DNA from: Vescimonas sp.
GTDB lineage: Bacteria > Bacillota > Clostridia > Oscillospirales > Oscillospiraceae
Assembly: GCA_045639965.1 (NCBI GenBank)
Contig: JAZUEB010000081.1
Coordinates: 6,013 to 70,012, forward strand
DNA: 64,000 nucleotides
Reading direction: 5' to 3'
Under the pieces are notes generated by a model that saw only the letters and a list, made by a program, of their open reading frames with translations, made no database searches and was not told the DNA's origin. The first letter of the stretch is position 1. Each line of letters starts with the position of its first letter. The translations under genes were made by a program, and so were the position numbers. Below, in pieces: positions 9,520-19,246 of the stretch.

Positions 9520-11348
9520 TTCTTTTCTCGACCTCCTCTGAAGATTCCGTAACCGAAGTGGTCACAGCGCAGGCAGCGGGAAGCCTCTGTGCAGGCACCC
9601 TCGTGGGTCAGACCGCACTCGATGTCGGCAAAATCATGCTTGCGTTCGCCGGCTTCACGTTCTGTGGTGTTGATGCGGCCATGGGGCGGACGGTTGTTCA
9701 GCTTGGGTGTGGGAACCTCTACATCCACGGTGATCTCGTGGTGATAACCCAGATGTACGTCGATGTTGGCGGCTGCCACCTTGCCGGCGGCAATGGCACG
9801 GATGGCGGTAGCGGGACCGGTGACGCAGTCGCCGCCGGCGAATACGTTGGTCATATCGTTGACCTGACCGGAAAGCCCTGCCACAAACGTGCCGCGCTTG
9901 ACGGGAACGCCTGCCTGCTCAAAGCCGGCGATCTCAATGCCCTGACCGATAGCCACCACGATAATGTCAGCAGGGATCCGGACCTCGGGCAGATCTGCCT
10001 TGTTGGGACGGGGACGGCCGGACTTGTCGGCTTCGCCGATGATCTGAGGCTGGACCCACAGCGCGACGGCGCTGCCGTTTTCGTCGGCCTCGATGCGGAC
10101 GGGCGCCATCAGAGTCAGGAGCTCCGCTCCCTCTGCCATAGCGCCGGTGATCTCATCGGGCAATGCGGTCATATCGTCCACGCGGCGGCGATAGACACAG
10201 GTAACCTTTTCGGCTCCCAGACGGACGGGGCTGCGGGTCACGTCCATGGCCACGTTGCCGCCGCCGATCACGACCACCTTCTTGCCGGAGAAATCGGGAT
10301 ATTCATCGTCACCGATCGCACGGAGCATCTCCACGGCGGACATCACGTTTTTGCTGTCCTCGCCCTCAATGCCTACCTTCTTGTCCTGATGGGCGCCGAT
10401 GGCGATGTAAATGCAGTCGTATTCGTCCTTGATATCGGTAAAGGTAAGGTCCTTGCCGAATACCACGTTGGTCTTGACCTCAATACCCAGCGAGAGGATG
10501 GACTCGATTTCGGCGTCCAGCTTCTCGCGGGGGAAACGGTAACTGGGGATACCGTAGCGCAGCATACCGCCCAGCTTCTTTTTCTCTTCAAAAACAGTGA
10601 CCTTGTGGCCCATCAGCGCCAGATAGTAAGCGCAGCTCAGGCCGCTGGGGCCGCCGCCGATCACGGCGACCTTCTTGCCGGTAGCGGGCGCACATTCGGG
10701 CTGAGGAACATCGCCGGCGTTGTCTACGGCATAGCGCTTCAGACCCCGGATATTGATGGCGTCGTCGATCATTCTGCGGCGGCAGCGTGCCTCACAGGGA
10801 TGCTCGCAGATATAGGCGCAGGCAGTGGGGAACGGGTTGTCCTTGCGGATCAGACGCACGGCGTCGGCGCAGCGATCCTCACCCACCAGAGCCATGTAGC
10901 CGGGCACGTCCACGCCGGCGGGACACATGGCCACGCAGGGAACGGGCAGCTGCAGACCGGCAAGACACCGGTGATGCTTGATATGCTCTTCATAGTCATC
11001 GCGGAAGCCGGCAAGACCGTCCAGCACCAGACGGGCGGCATCCCGTCCGATGGCGCAGTCAGCCGTACTTTCAATGGAACGTGCCGTCCTCTCGATGATG
11101 GTCAGGGTATCCATGGTGGCGGTGCCGTCCAGCACCTGGGTGATCAGCTTGGTCAGCTGTCCCAGACCGATACGGCAGGGCACGCACTTGCCGCAGGTCT
11201 GTGCATGGCACAGCTGCAAAAAGCTCAGGGACATATCCACCGGACACAGTCCCGGAGGGCTGGATGCGATCCTGCGCTCCACGTCACGGTAGAGATTGTC
11301 TACCACCGTCTGTGCGCGAGACGGATTTTTGATGTCAAGTCTGCTCAA
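9513..11348 (-). CDS. GltD-like FAD/NAD(P)H oxidoreductase with N-terminal NuoF-type Fe-S domain (hydrogenase partner)
   Basis: TCGKCVPCRIG, CP..CEHPCE, GGGPSGL, GGMLRYGIP, GGGNVAMD and EASRCLRC motifs; TTG start after AAGGAG; overlaps hydA. Confidence 0.85.
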   Translation of the reverse strand: MSRLDIKNPSRAQTVVDNLYRDVERRIASSPPGLCPVDMSLSFLQLCHAQTCGKCVPCRIGLGQLTKLITQVLDGTATMDTLTIIERTARSIESTADCAIGRDAARLVLDGLAGFRDDYEEHIKHHRCLAGLQLPVPCVAMCPAGVDVPGYMALVGEDRCADAVRLIRKDNPFPTACAYICEHPCEARCRRRMIDDAINIRGLKRYAVDNAGDVPQPECAPATGKKVAVIGGGPSGLSCAYYLALMGHKVTVFEEKKKLGGMLRYGIPSYRFPREKLDAEIESILSLGIEVKTNVVFGKDLTFTDIKDEYDCIYIAIGAHQDKKVGIEGEDSKNVMSAVEMLRAIGDDEYPDFSGKKVVVIGGGNVAMDVTRSPVRLGAEKVTCVYRRRVDDMTALPDEITGAMAEGAELLTLMAPVRIEADENGSAVALWVQPQIIGEADKSGRPRPNKADLPEVRIPADIIVVAIGQGIEIAGFEQAGVPVKRGTFVAGLSGQVNDMTNVFAGGDCVTGPATAIRAIAAGKVAAANIDVHLGYHHEITVDVEVPTPKLNNRPPHGRINTTEREAGERKHDFADIECGLTHEGACTEASRCLRCDHFGYGIFRGGREKKW

Positions 11349-11673
11349 GATCAGTTCACTCCTTCTCCTGTCCGTTTTGAGAGTACAAAGGTTCTTCTCA
11401 TACGAACTAAAATGATTGCAATTTAAGAATGCCACACTGAAATGGGAATGTCAACAAAATAAGAAAAGTTGTTAAAAATGAGGAATAATTATCGAAAAAC
11501 GTTAAAAACAGAATGATAAAAATTAGACATAACATTTTATACGGCGGGAAAAGCTAAAATGCTCGATTTCGAAAAAAAGTGTAACCCCAAATGCGGATTT
11601 GATAAATAAGTGACAATTTTAGAGAAACAAAAGTTTCGTAAGAATATTACTTTCAACGGAAAATGGCAGTCTA

Positions 11674-11702
11674 TTGACATTACCACAGGTACAGAATATA
11701 AT
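11674..11702 (+). promoter_or_regulatory. consensus sigma-A promoter of trkH
   Basis: TTGACA-17 bp-TATAAT. Confidence 0.85.
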
Positions 11703-11795
11703 AAAAAACCGTAATGATTCCTGTTGTTCCGGATAGCGGAAGAACGCTTTTTATGACGATGAAAACGATGAAAAGGTGCGTCAGGAAGGAGTCGT

Positions 11796-13241
11796 ATGAA
11801 CTATCGTTTGGTTGGCAATACATTGGGCTATGTCCTATGGGTCGAAGCCGGTTTCCTGCTGCTGCCCTGCCTGGTATCGCTGCTTACAGGGGATGGCTGC
11901 CTGCTGCCCTTTGCCGAAGCGATCCTGCTGTGCCTGCTGTCCGGCGCTGTGCTGCGTCTGATCCCTGTCAGCAACCGTCAGATGCAAAGCCGTGACGGCT
12001 ATGCAGCGGTGGCACTTGCATGGATCCTGCTGGCGCTGTTCGGTGCGGTACCGTATCTGCTCTCCCGCATGATTCCCCACTATGCGGATGCCCTCTTTGA
12101 AACCATCTCCGGCCTGACCACCACGGGATCTACGATCCTCAGCTCGGTGGAGGAACTGCCGAAAAGCATCCTGTTCTGGCGCAGCCAGACCCAGTGGATG
12201 GGCGGCATGGGTGTTCTGGTGCTCTTTTTGGCATTGATGCCCAAGCTGGGCGATGGCGCGGTGTATCTGATGCGGGCGGAAAGTCCCGGTCCCATCAAGA
12301 GCAAGCTGGTGCCCAAGCTGTCCCGGACCGCCAAGATCATGTACGGCATCTACCTGGGACTTACCGCTTCGGAAATACTGGCGCTCCGGATCGCCGGAAT
12401 GAGCTGGTATGACAGCATCAATCATGCCTTTACCACCATCGCCACCGGTGGCTTCTCCGTCCGCAATTCCGGCATCGCCGCCTATGCAAGCCCCGCCGTG
12501 GTATGGGTGATTACCGTATTCACCTTCCTGGCGGGCGTAAACTTCGGCCTGATGTTCGCCCTGCTGTGTGGAAAATGGCGCCAGGTGCTCCGCAGCGAGG
12601 AGCTGTGGACCTACACCGGCATCGTCCTCCTCTCTACGGCGCTGATCTGTTTGAATCTGTGTCTGCAAAACGGCTCCCGTGTCGGGCAGTCTGTTACCGA
12701 CGCAGCATTTCAGGTCACCACCATTATCACCACCACCGGCTATGCCACCCGTGACTTTGCCCTCTGGCCCACCTTCAGCCGCTGCGTGCTGGCAGCGCTG
12801 ATGGTTGTCGGCGGCTGTGCCGGCTCCACCGCCGGCGGCATGAAGGTCAGCCGCCTGCTGCTGCTGTGGAAGAGCCTGAAGCGTGATCTCCGGCGGATCC
12901 TCCACCCCAACCGTGTCAGCGTCATCAAAATGGACGGACAGGCGGTGCCGGAGCGCACCGTCACCGCTGCCCATACCTTTCAGGCGGCATACCTGCTTAT
13001 TCTGATCGTCGGCGCACTGATCGTGTCGTGGGATGATCTGGGTTTTACCGAGTCGCTGGCGGCAAGCCTGACCTGCATCAGCAATGTGGGTCCCGGATTG
13101 GGCGTTCTGGGTCCCATGGGGAACTTCGGCGCTTTGAGCGATATGAGCAAGTACACCCTGTCGCTCGTGATGCTGATGGGCCGTCTGGAGCTGATGCCTC
13201 TTCTGGTGCTGCTGAGTCCCGCCACCTGGCGCAGAAAATAA
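11796..13241 (+). CDS. trkH: Trk-system potassium uptake membrane protein
   Basis: FETISGLTTTG, QWMGGMG, ATGGFS, GGCAGSTAGG, NVGPG and MGRLE motifs. Confidence 0.92.
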   Translation: MNYRLVGNTLGYVLWVEAGFLLLPCLVSLLTGDGCLLPFAEAILLCLLSGAVLRLIPVSNRQMQSRDGYAAVALAWILLALFGAVPYLLSRMIPHYADALFETISGLTTTGSTILSSVEELPKSILFWRSQTQWMGGMGVLVLFLALMPKLGDGAVYLMRAESPGPIKSKLVPKLSRTAKIMYGIYLGLTASEILALRIAGMSWYDSINHAFTTIATGGFSVRNSGIAAYASPAVVWVITVFTFLAGVNFGLMFALLCGKWRQVLRSEELWTYTGIVLLSTALICLNLCLQNGSRVGQSVTDAAFQVTTIITTTGYATRDFALWPTFSRCVLAALMVVGGCAGSTAGGMKVSRLLLLWKSLKRDLRRILHPNRVSVIKMDGQAVPERTVTAAHTFQAAYLLILIVGALIVSWDDLGFTESLAASLTCISNVGPGLGVLGPMGNFGALSDMSKYTLSLVMLMGRLELMPLLVLLSPATWRRK

Positions 13242-13250
13242 AGAAAGAAC

Positions 13251-13278
13251 AAAAAGAGCCGCGGTGCGGCTCTTTTTT
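13251..13278. terminator. bidirectional terminator
   Basis: AAAAGAGCCGC-ggt-GCGGCTCTTTTTT. Confidence 0.8.
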
Positions 13279-13289
13279 AAAATCGTTCT

Positions 13290-13538
13290 TTACTTCTTCA
13301 AAAACCTTTCGTACTGCTCCTGCATCCAGTTTTTCAGTTCCTCCACGCCCTCCTCCGTCCAGGGGAAGTCCTGCTCGGTTTTGTCCTGGGCGACCTCATA
13401 GCAGTAGACGCTGTATGCGGCAGCGTGGATCACATCCTTATCGGTGGCGTAGCGGTAGCGGAAATCACCGATGCTGCCGGTATAGACAAAGGCTCGCTTG
13501 AACCATTGTACGGTCAGGGGGGTGAACTGTTCGTGCAT
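13290..13538 (-). CDS. hypothetical protein (~82-89 aa)
   Basis: C-terminal part of ORF 13290..13823 (MHEQFTPL...); divergent TATACA-17-TACAAT promoter upstream; alternative start 13559. Confidence 0.65.
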   Translation of the reverse strand: MHEQFTPLTVQWFKRAFVYTGSIGDFRYRYATDKDVIHAAAYSVYCYEVAQDKTEQDFPWTEEGVEELKNWMQEQYERFLKK

Positions 13539-13698
13539 CGTTCTCTTTTCAACTTCCATTTTTCCCTTTTGCTCCTTCCTTTTGTTCCTTTTTTCTTTCA
13601 AATTGTAACACAAAAAGGTGCGTTTGTATAGTTGCCATTGGGGAAAAATCGTGCTAAAATATGGGCGAAAAAATTCGAGCAATACAAGGAGAAAAGCC

Positions 13699-14682
13699 AT
13701 GATAGAGAGTAAAGTAAAGCGCATCGGCGTCCTGACCTCCGGCGGTGACGCCCCCGGTATGAACGCCGCCATCCGCAGCGCCGTCCGCACCGCAAACGCC
13801 CTTGGCATCGAGTGTATCGGCATCCGCCGGGGTTACGCCGGCTTGATCTCCGGCGACTTTATGAACATGGACAGCGACTCTGTCAACCGGATCATCCACC
13901 TGGGCGGCACCAAGCTCTATACCGCCCGCTGTGAGGAATTCCACACCGAGGAGGGATTGAAAAAAGCCGCTGCCACCTGTAAACTATTAGGCCTTGACGG
14001 CATTGTCGCCATCGGCGGCGACGGCACTTTCCGCGGCGCCCAGGCGCTGAGCGCGTACGGTGTCTCCGTGGTGGGAATTCCCTGTACCATCGACAACGAC
14101 ATCTCCTGTACGGACTATACCATCGGCTTTGATACCGCCGTGAACACCGCTGTGGAGTGCATCGATAAGCTGCGGGACACCATGCAGTCCCATGAGCGGT
14201 GCAGCGTGGTGGAGGTCATGGGTCGCCATGCCGGTTATCTGGCGCTGGAGGTGGGGTTGGCGGTGGGCGCCACCGCTGTGCTGGTGCCGGAGAGCAAATA
14301 CGATTTCCACAATCATGTGGCGGAGAAGATCCGCCGTGCCCGCCTGAACGGCAAGACCAATTTTACCATCGTGGTCGCCGAGGGCGCCGCCAGCGCCGTG
14401 GACGTGGGCAAGCAGATCGAGGCGGAGCTGGGACTGGATCCCCGGGTCACCATCCTGGGCCACATTCAGCGGGGCGGCAGTCCCACCGCCAAGGACCGCG
14501 TCATGGCCACCCGCATGGGCTATGAGGCTGTCCGGGTGCTGGCAGAGGGCAAGACCAACCGGGTCATCTGTGCGGTGGAGGACAACCGCCTGGTGGATCT
14601 GGACATCGACAAGGCGCTGTCCATGAAAAAGACGCTGGATGAGGAGTCCTTCGAGGTCATGAAGGTCATGACCGGCGTGTAA
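13699..14682 (+). CDS. pfkA: 6-phosphofructokinase
   Basis: TSGGDAPGMNAA, GGDGT, TIDND, EVMGR and LGHIQRGG motifs; TTGCCA-17-TAAAAT promoter upstream. Confidence 0.95.
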   Translation: MIESKVKRIGVLTSGGDAPGMNAAIRSAVRTANALGIECIGIRRGYAGLISGDFMNMDSDSVNRIIHLGGTKLYTARCEEFHTEEGLKKAAATCKLLGLDGIVAIGGDGTFRGAQALSAYGVSVVGIPCTIDNDISCTDYTIGFDTAVNTAVECIDKLRDTMQSHERCSVVEVMGRHAGYLALEVGLAVGATAVLVPESKYDFHNHVAEKIRRARLNGKTNFTIVVAEGAASAVDVGKQIEAELGLDPRVTILGHIQRGGSPTAKDRVMATRMGYEAVRVLAEGKTNRVICAVEDNRLVDLDIDKALSMKKTLDEESFEVMKVMTGV

Positions 14683-14691
14683 AAAGACTGC

Positions 14692-14726
14692 AAAATGTGC
14701 CGCCCGAGAGGACGGCACATTTTTTT
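14692..14726 (+). terminator. pfkA terminator
   Basis: AAAATGTGCCG...CGGCACATTTTTTT. Confidence 0.75.
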
Positions 14727-14738
14727 CTATCATTTACC

Positions 14739-14787
14739 TGTTGACAATGTAAACAAGTTGTGATATGGTATGTTTACAATGTAAACA
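14739..14787 (+). promoter_or_regulatory. promoter with two BlaI/CopY-type operators
   Basis: TTGACA(14741)-17-TGnTATGGT; palindromes TGTTGACA-A-TGTAAACA (14739-14755) and TGTTTACA-A-TGTAAACA (14771-14787). Confidence 0.8.
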
Positions 14788-14803
14788 GAGGGAGGGAAGC
14801 ACC

Positions 14804-15193
14804 ATGCAAAACGAGGGAACGATCTTGACCCCCACCGAGTGGAAACTGATGGAGTGCCTTTGGGCACACGGCAGCGTCACCGGACGGGAGGCGGTGGAGG
14901 AATTACAGAAAACCGCCGGTTGGAGCCGCAGCACCACGTTAACTTTGCTGCGGCGCATGACGGAAAAGAATCTGATTGCCTGTACCGATGGGAACAACGG
15001 CGTGAAAGCCTATGCGCCGCTGATCGTTCGGGAGGACGCCGCGCAGCGGGAGACCACCGACTTTCTCACCCGGGTGTATCGGGGCAGCGTCAGCCAGCTT
15101 TTGAGCGCCATGACGGAAAAGCAGAAGCTTTCTCAAGAGGAAATTGACGAACTCTATGCCATCTTACAGCGGGAGGAGGAAAAACAATGCTGA
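14804..15193 (+). CDS. BlaI/MecI/CopY family repressor
   Basis: LTPTEWKLMECLW, WSRSTTLTLLRRM and GSVSQLL..LSQEEIDEL patterns. Confidence 0.9.
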   Translation: MQNEGTILTPTEWKLMECLWAHGSVTGREAVEELQKTAGWSRSTTLTLLRRMTEKNLIACTDGNNGVKAYAPLIVREDAAQRETTDFLTRVYRGSVSQLLSAMTEKQKLSQEEIDELYAILQREEEKQC

Positions 15194-18100
15194 ACTGGAT
15201 CTTATCTGCATCGTTGCTGATCGCGATGGTCATCGCCCTGCGTTACCTGCTGCGGGGAAAGCTCCACCCGGCGGTGCAGTACGCCCTGTGGGGCCTGGTG
15301 CTGGTGCGTCTGCTGCTGCCGTTCTCCATCGCCCACACCCCGGTGAGCCTGTCCTCCGCCGTGGAGCAGACCACCCTTGCGCAGGACATGGAGCGGGTGC
15401 AGCACGTGGAGTCCGTGGAGCGGGAATCCGACGGCACCATCGTGGGGAAGCTGCCCACTTATACAATGCCGGACGGCGAACTTGTGGAGCACTACACCAA
15501 GATCGCCGACAGCGCCGACGACGGGGAGCTGATGCGGCTCCAAAGCACCGTATCGGTGAAAAAAATCGTCCGTCCTGTTTGGTATATCGGCATAGGACTG
15601 ACGGCGGCGTGGTTTTTGGTGGTGAATGTGATCTTCACCCGATCCCTGCGCCGCAGCCGGGAAAAAGTGGAGTGCGACAGCAAGCGTCCGGTCTATGTAA
15701 CGGCGGCGGTGGATACCCCCTGCCTGTACGGACTGTTTCATCCTGCTATTTATGTGACGCCGGAGGTGGTGACGGACGAGGATAAGCTTCGCCATGTCCT
15801 GACCCACGAGACCATGCACTACCGCCACGGCGACCACATCTGGTCTCTTTTGCGGGTGGTGTGCCTGTGCCTGCACTGGTACAATCCGCTGGTGTGGTGG
15901 GCGGCAGCCCTTTCGCGCCGGGATGCGGAGCTGTGCTGTGACGCCGCCGCCATCAAGTCCTTGGGCGAGGAACAGCGAGGGGATTACGGCAGAACACTCA
16001 TTGGTCTGAGCTGTCAGTCCGCCGGACCCAACGACCTGCTGCTCACTGCCACCACAATGACCGGAGGCAAGCGGAGTCTCCGGGAGCGGATCAAGCTGAT
16101 TGCCCAAAAGCCCCAGACGAAAGCCATCGCCGCTTTTGCGGTGATCGTGGTGGCGGTGCTTGCCGTCGTCATCACCTTTACCGGCAGCGCGCCCGGCGGC
16201 AGCTATCTCCGCTGGACGGCGCAGATGTCCCGAAACGGATTCACCTATCGCACCCACTATGCCAAGGATGTGGATACCGTTACCGTCCACGTGGAGGAAT
16301 ATCAGGACGGCGTTCTGGTGAACAGTGAGGTACAGCCCTACGTTGGCGACCTCAAGTATCTGACGCTGAGATTTTACGGTCCCCTCTATTCCGGAGAAAA
16401 CGGAAATGTGCTGTCATCCGGTTACACCCACATTGAGGGAAACGGCGGCAAAGCCTTTACCATAGAGGTCCCCAACAATTTTGCCTATGATCCTCCCTAT
16501 GCCGAGGAATCCATCCAAAGTGACGGCATCGTATACTGGTATCCACAGGAGAACGTATCTTTTAGCGCCGGCAGCAAATTTACCCTGGGTCTCTACACCT
16601 GCGACAGCAGCTTCGACGCTCTCTCTGTTCCCTCCCAGGAGGTCAACGAGAAAACCGTGGACGAGTATCAGCGGATCCTGGGCGAACCCCGCACCGCCAC
16701 CGGCGCGGCGGTACTGGTGTGGGCGGAGTTCGGCGGTCACAGTCAGAGCGGCGCTGACATGGGCGGCACCATTCAGGGCAATAACCGCGCCCCGTGGATC
16801 AAATTTGACCTGAACGAAAAAATTTCCCACGTCACGCTGGTGGCGGAGGAGTATCAGGACGGGGAGCTGCTGGACATCCACCGGGAGACATTGGAAGCCG
16901 ATGGATTGAAAAATCTCTATCCCAAGATCAATATAGCCGAGGACGGACAGCTTCAACTGGATCTCCGGCGCAAGGGAAAGGGATATGATGTCACCGAGTC
17001 GTGGCCGCTGTCCTACACCTTCGGGGAGGGAAAATGCGGCGGCTATAACTGGTTTAACAAGCTGGCCGAGCCAATGCCCGTCCGGGCGGGAGACCGGGTG
17101 TGCCTGCTGAGCGGCAACTATCAGGAGGGCAGCGGCTCTGAATTCCTGGATCCTATGTTTTTGACGCTCGATCCGGCAAATGGATTGGAGTATCTGGATG
17201 GCTATGCGGTGGTGCTGTGGGCGGAGTTCGGCGGTCCTGCGGTGGACTACGGCGTGCCGGATGAGGACGGTTGGGTCAGCAACGGTATCACCGGGGTGAG
17301 AACGCGGTATTGGATGCCCACGAATGTTCCCACCGTGCAGACAGCCACGTTCACATTCCAGGATTTACAGGCGGTGACGCTGCGGCTTTCCCACTACGAA
17401 AAGGGGGAGCTGGTGGAACAGAAGGAACTGCCTTTTACGGGTCTGGAGGTGTATGCGGCAAGTCTGAAACAGGAGGGCAATACCTGGACTGCCGGTATCT
17501 CTGCCTATCACGATCGGCACGGCGGTGAGGATGATTGGACACAGCTCAGCTTTGACGCCGAGGGACGAGTCTTTCTGACCAGCTATTGCGACGGCAGCAA
17601 CACCAATAACTTTGTGCTGTCCCCCAATCAGACCTATTATCTGGCGGCGGCAGCATGGGGCAACTCCCCCTATACGCTGTGGGACTATCAAAACAACCCG
17701 CCCTTTATCGCTACAGCCGATCATCTGGTGATCTATGAACTGGATGTCTACACCGCAGGCAGCGAGTTGCCGGAGAACAACGTTACCGTTTGGTCGGACA
17801 AGCAGATGAAGTTTGAAAATGACGGCTCCACCGGTGCGGTATACAACTTCGATCAGCTCTACGACGCTACTCTCCGGCTGAAGCACTACAAAAAAGGCGT
17901 TTTGGTGGACGAACAAAGTTTCGGTGTGGACGGCATGAAGCAGCTCACCGCCTATGCCTCCCCTGATCCGGACAGCGGCAAGTGGCGTGTTCTGGCGCTG
18001 GATGCCGGCGGGGTGAATTACAGTCCCACGCCGCTCAAGGGGCAGACGTTGGCGCAGACGACGCTCAACGCGGTAATCGACTTTGACGGCAAACCCGGCT

Positions 18101-18297
18101 TTTCCGGCGATTGGCTGCCCATTACCCGAGGGGATATGACGGTGTATTCCCTGACTCGCGGCAATACCTACTGCTTCGCCGCCTTTGTCTGGGGCAAGGA
18201 TTGGGATTACTACTGCGAGGAGTATCTGACGCATCCCGAGTTTTGCAGCAAGCCCGATGAACTGGTTTTGCTGGAATTGGAGCTGCCGAAGAAATAA
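15187..18297 (+). CDS. M56 (BlaR1/MecR1-like) membrane metalloprotease sensor with ~700-aa repeated C-terminal domain
   Basis: N-terminal TM helices, HETMH zinc motif, HWYNPLVW, ELCCD and LRERI motifs; no penicillin-binding domain seen. Confidence 0.88.
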   Translation: MLNWILSASLLIAMVIALRYLLRGKLHPAVQYALWGLVLVRLLLPFSIAHTPVSLSSAVEQTTLAQDMERVQHVESVERESDGTIVGKLPTYTMPDGELVEHYTKIADSADDGELMRLQSTVSVKKIVRPVWYIGIGLTAAWFLVVNVIFTRSLRRSREKVECDSKRPVYVTAAVDTPCLYGLFHPAIYVTPEVVTDEDKLRHVLTHETMHYRHGDHIWSLLRVVCLCLHWYNPLVWWAAALSRRDAELCCDAAAIKSLGEEQRGDYGRTLIGLSCQSAGPNDLLLTATTMTGGKRSLRERIKLIAQKPQTKAIAAFAVIVVAVLAVVITFTGSAPGGSYLRWTAQMSRNGFTYRTHYAKDVDTVTVHVEEYQDGVLVNSEVQPYVGDLKYLTLRFYGPLYSGENGNVLSSGYTHIEGNGGKAFTIEVPNNFAYDPPYAEESIQSDGIVYWYPQENVSFSAGSKFTLGLYTCDSSFDALSVPSQEVNEKTVDEYQRILGEPRTATGAAVLVWAEFGGHSQSGADMGGTIQGNNRAPWIKFDLNEKISHVTLVAEEYQDGELLDIHRETLEADGLKNLYPKINIAEDGQLQLDLRRKGKGYDVTESWPLSYTFGEGKCGGYNWFNKLAEPMPVRAGDRVCLLSGNYQEGSGSEFLDPMFLTLDPANGLEYLDGYAVVLWAEFGGPAVDYGVPDEDGWVSNGITGVRTRYWMPTNVPTVQTATFTFQDLQAVTLRLSHYEKGELVEQKELPFTGLEVYAASLKQEGNTWTAGISAYHDRHGGEDDWTQLSFDAEGRVFLTSYCDGSNTNNFVLSPNQTYYLAAAAWGNSPYTLWDYQNNPPFIATADHLVIYELDVYTAGSELPENNVTVWSDKQMKFENDGSTGAVYNFDQLYDATLRLKHYKKGVLVDEQSFGVDGMKQLTAYASPDPDSGKWRVLALDAGGVNYSPTPLKGQTLAQTTLNAVIDFDGKPGFSGDWLPITRGDMTVYSLTRGNTYCFAAFVWGKDWDYYCEEYLTHPEFCSKPDELVLLELELPKK

Positions 18298-18328
18298 GAA
18301 AAAAGCACCCTGCGGGGTGCTTTTTTTA
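18298..18328. terminator. bidirectional terminator
   Basis: AAAAAAGCACCC-tgcg-GGGTGCTTTTTTT. Confidence 0.8.
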
Positions 18329-19234
18329 TACGTCAAATACGCCCAGGATCACGATACCGACCACCACCAGCGCCACCATGGCGTAGTGCTTGACCGATAG
18401 CTTTTCCTTGAGGAAGACCCGACCCCACACCATGCTCAGCACGCAGTAGGCGGAGATGATGGGTACCGTCAGTGCCACGTGGCGGCTGTCCGCCAGGGCG
18501 TAGATATAGGCGAACTGTCCCGCCGTTTCAAAGACCGCGCCCACATATTTGGGCGCTTCCCGTTTGGGAACAAGGGGACTTTTTTTCACCAGTACTACGT
18601 AGACGAAGCAGACCAGTCCCACAAGCAGGAAGGTCAGCTCGTAGGCTACGTTGGCGCTGTCCTCGTTGAGCTTTTGCAGGATCACGCTGTCGGCAAACGT
18701 GCCGAGAGCGTCCAGAAGGCAGTAGAGAACGGGCAGTGCCAATGCCAAGGCGGACTTGGCGTAGTGGTGATTGCTCTTGTCCTGCCGCGCCCGGCGCAGC
18801 TCGTCGTCCTCACGGGCTTCCACGAAGCCAAGACCGATAACGCCGATACAGACCAGGGCGGTGGCAAGAAGCTGCATGGGGACTAAGTCGTGCAGGCCGC
18901 CGGTGGCCAGCGCCAGGATCGCCACGATGGCGCCGCTGGAATTGCAGATGGGGGAGAGGATGGACAGCTCGATGTACCTGAGGCCCAGATAGCCCACGGT
19001 CATGGAACTGATATACAGCAGGCTCACCGGCAGATAGGTGACGATGATGCCCCAGCTGATGTCCACGCCGCCGAGGAAGATCTCGTACACCGCGTGGAGT
19101 CCCATCACAAGACCCACCGCCATCACCATTTTCAGGTGGCTGAGTTTGTCGTCCGCATCCTGACAGCCCAGCTTGGAAAAGAGGTCACTCCCGCTCCAGC
19201 ACAGCAGGGCGATCAGGGAAAGCCAAAACCACAT
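18326..19234 (-). CDS. EamA/DMT family transporter
   Basis: about 10 hydrophobic helices in two halves; FLKEKLS C-terminal motif. Confidence 0.75.
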   Translation of the reverse strand: MWFWLSLIALLCWSGSDLFSKLGCQDADDKLSHLKMVMAVGLVMGLHAVYEIFLGGVDISWGIIVTYLPVSLLYISSMTVGYLGLRYIELSILSPICNSSGAIVAILALATGGLHDLVPMQLLATALVCIGVIGLGFVEAREDDELRRARQDKSNHHYAKSALALALPVLYCLLDALGTFADSVILQKLNEDSANVAYELTFLLVGLVCFVYVVLVKKSPLVPKREAPKYVGAVFETAGQFAYIYALADSRHVALTVPIISAYCVLSMVWGRVFLKEKLSVKHYAMVALVVVGIVILGVFDV

Positions 19235-19246
19235 ATAATACTCCTT

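Noticed and set aside
3102-11426. Long plus-strand ORFs (3102..4676, 6265..7746, 7774..9552, 9558..11426)
   Set aside because: Antisense shadows of pgm, murA and the hydrogenase genes caused by GC-rich codon bias; no motifs or RBS
11436-11670. Rex operator upstream of the hydrogenase operon
   Set aside because: Only a half-site (TTGTTAA) in AT-rich DNA; no complete palindrome
14804-18297. Beta-lactam resistance locus
   Set aside because: No penicillin-binding sensor domain and no beta-lactamase or PBP gene adjacent
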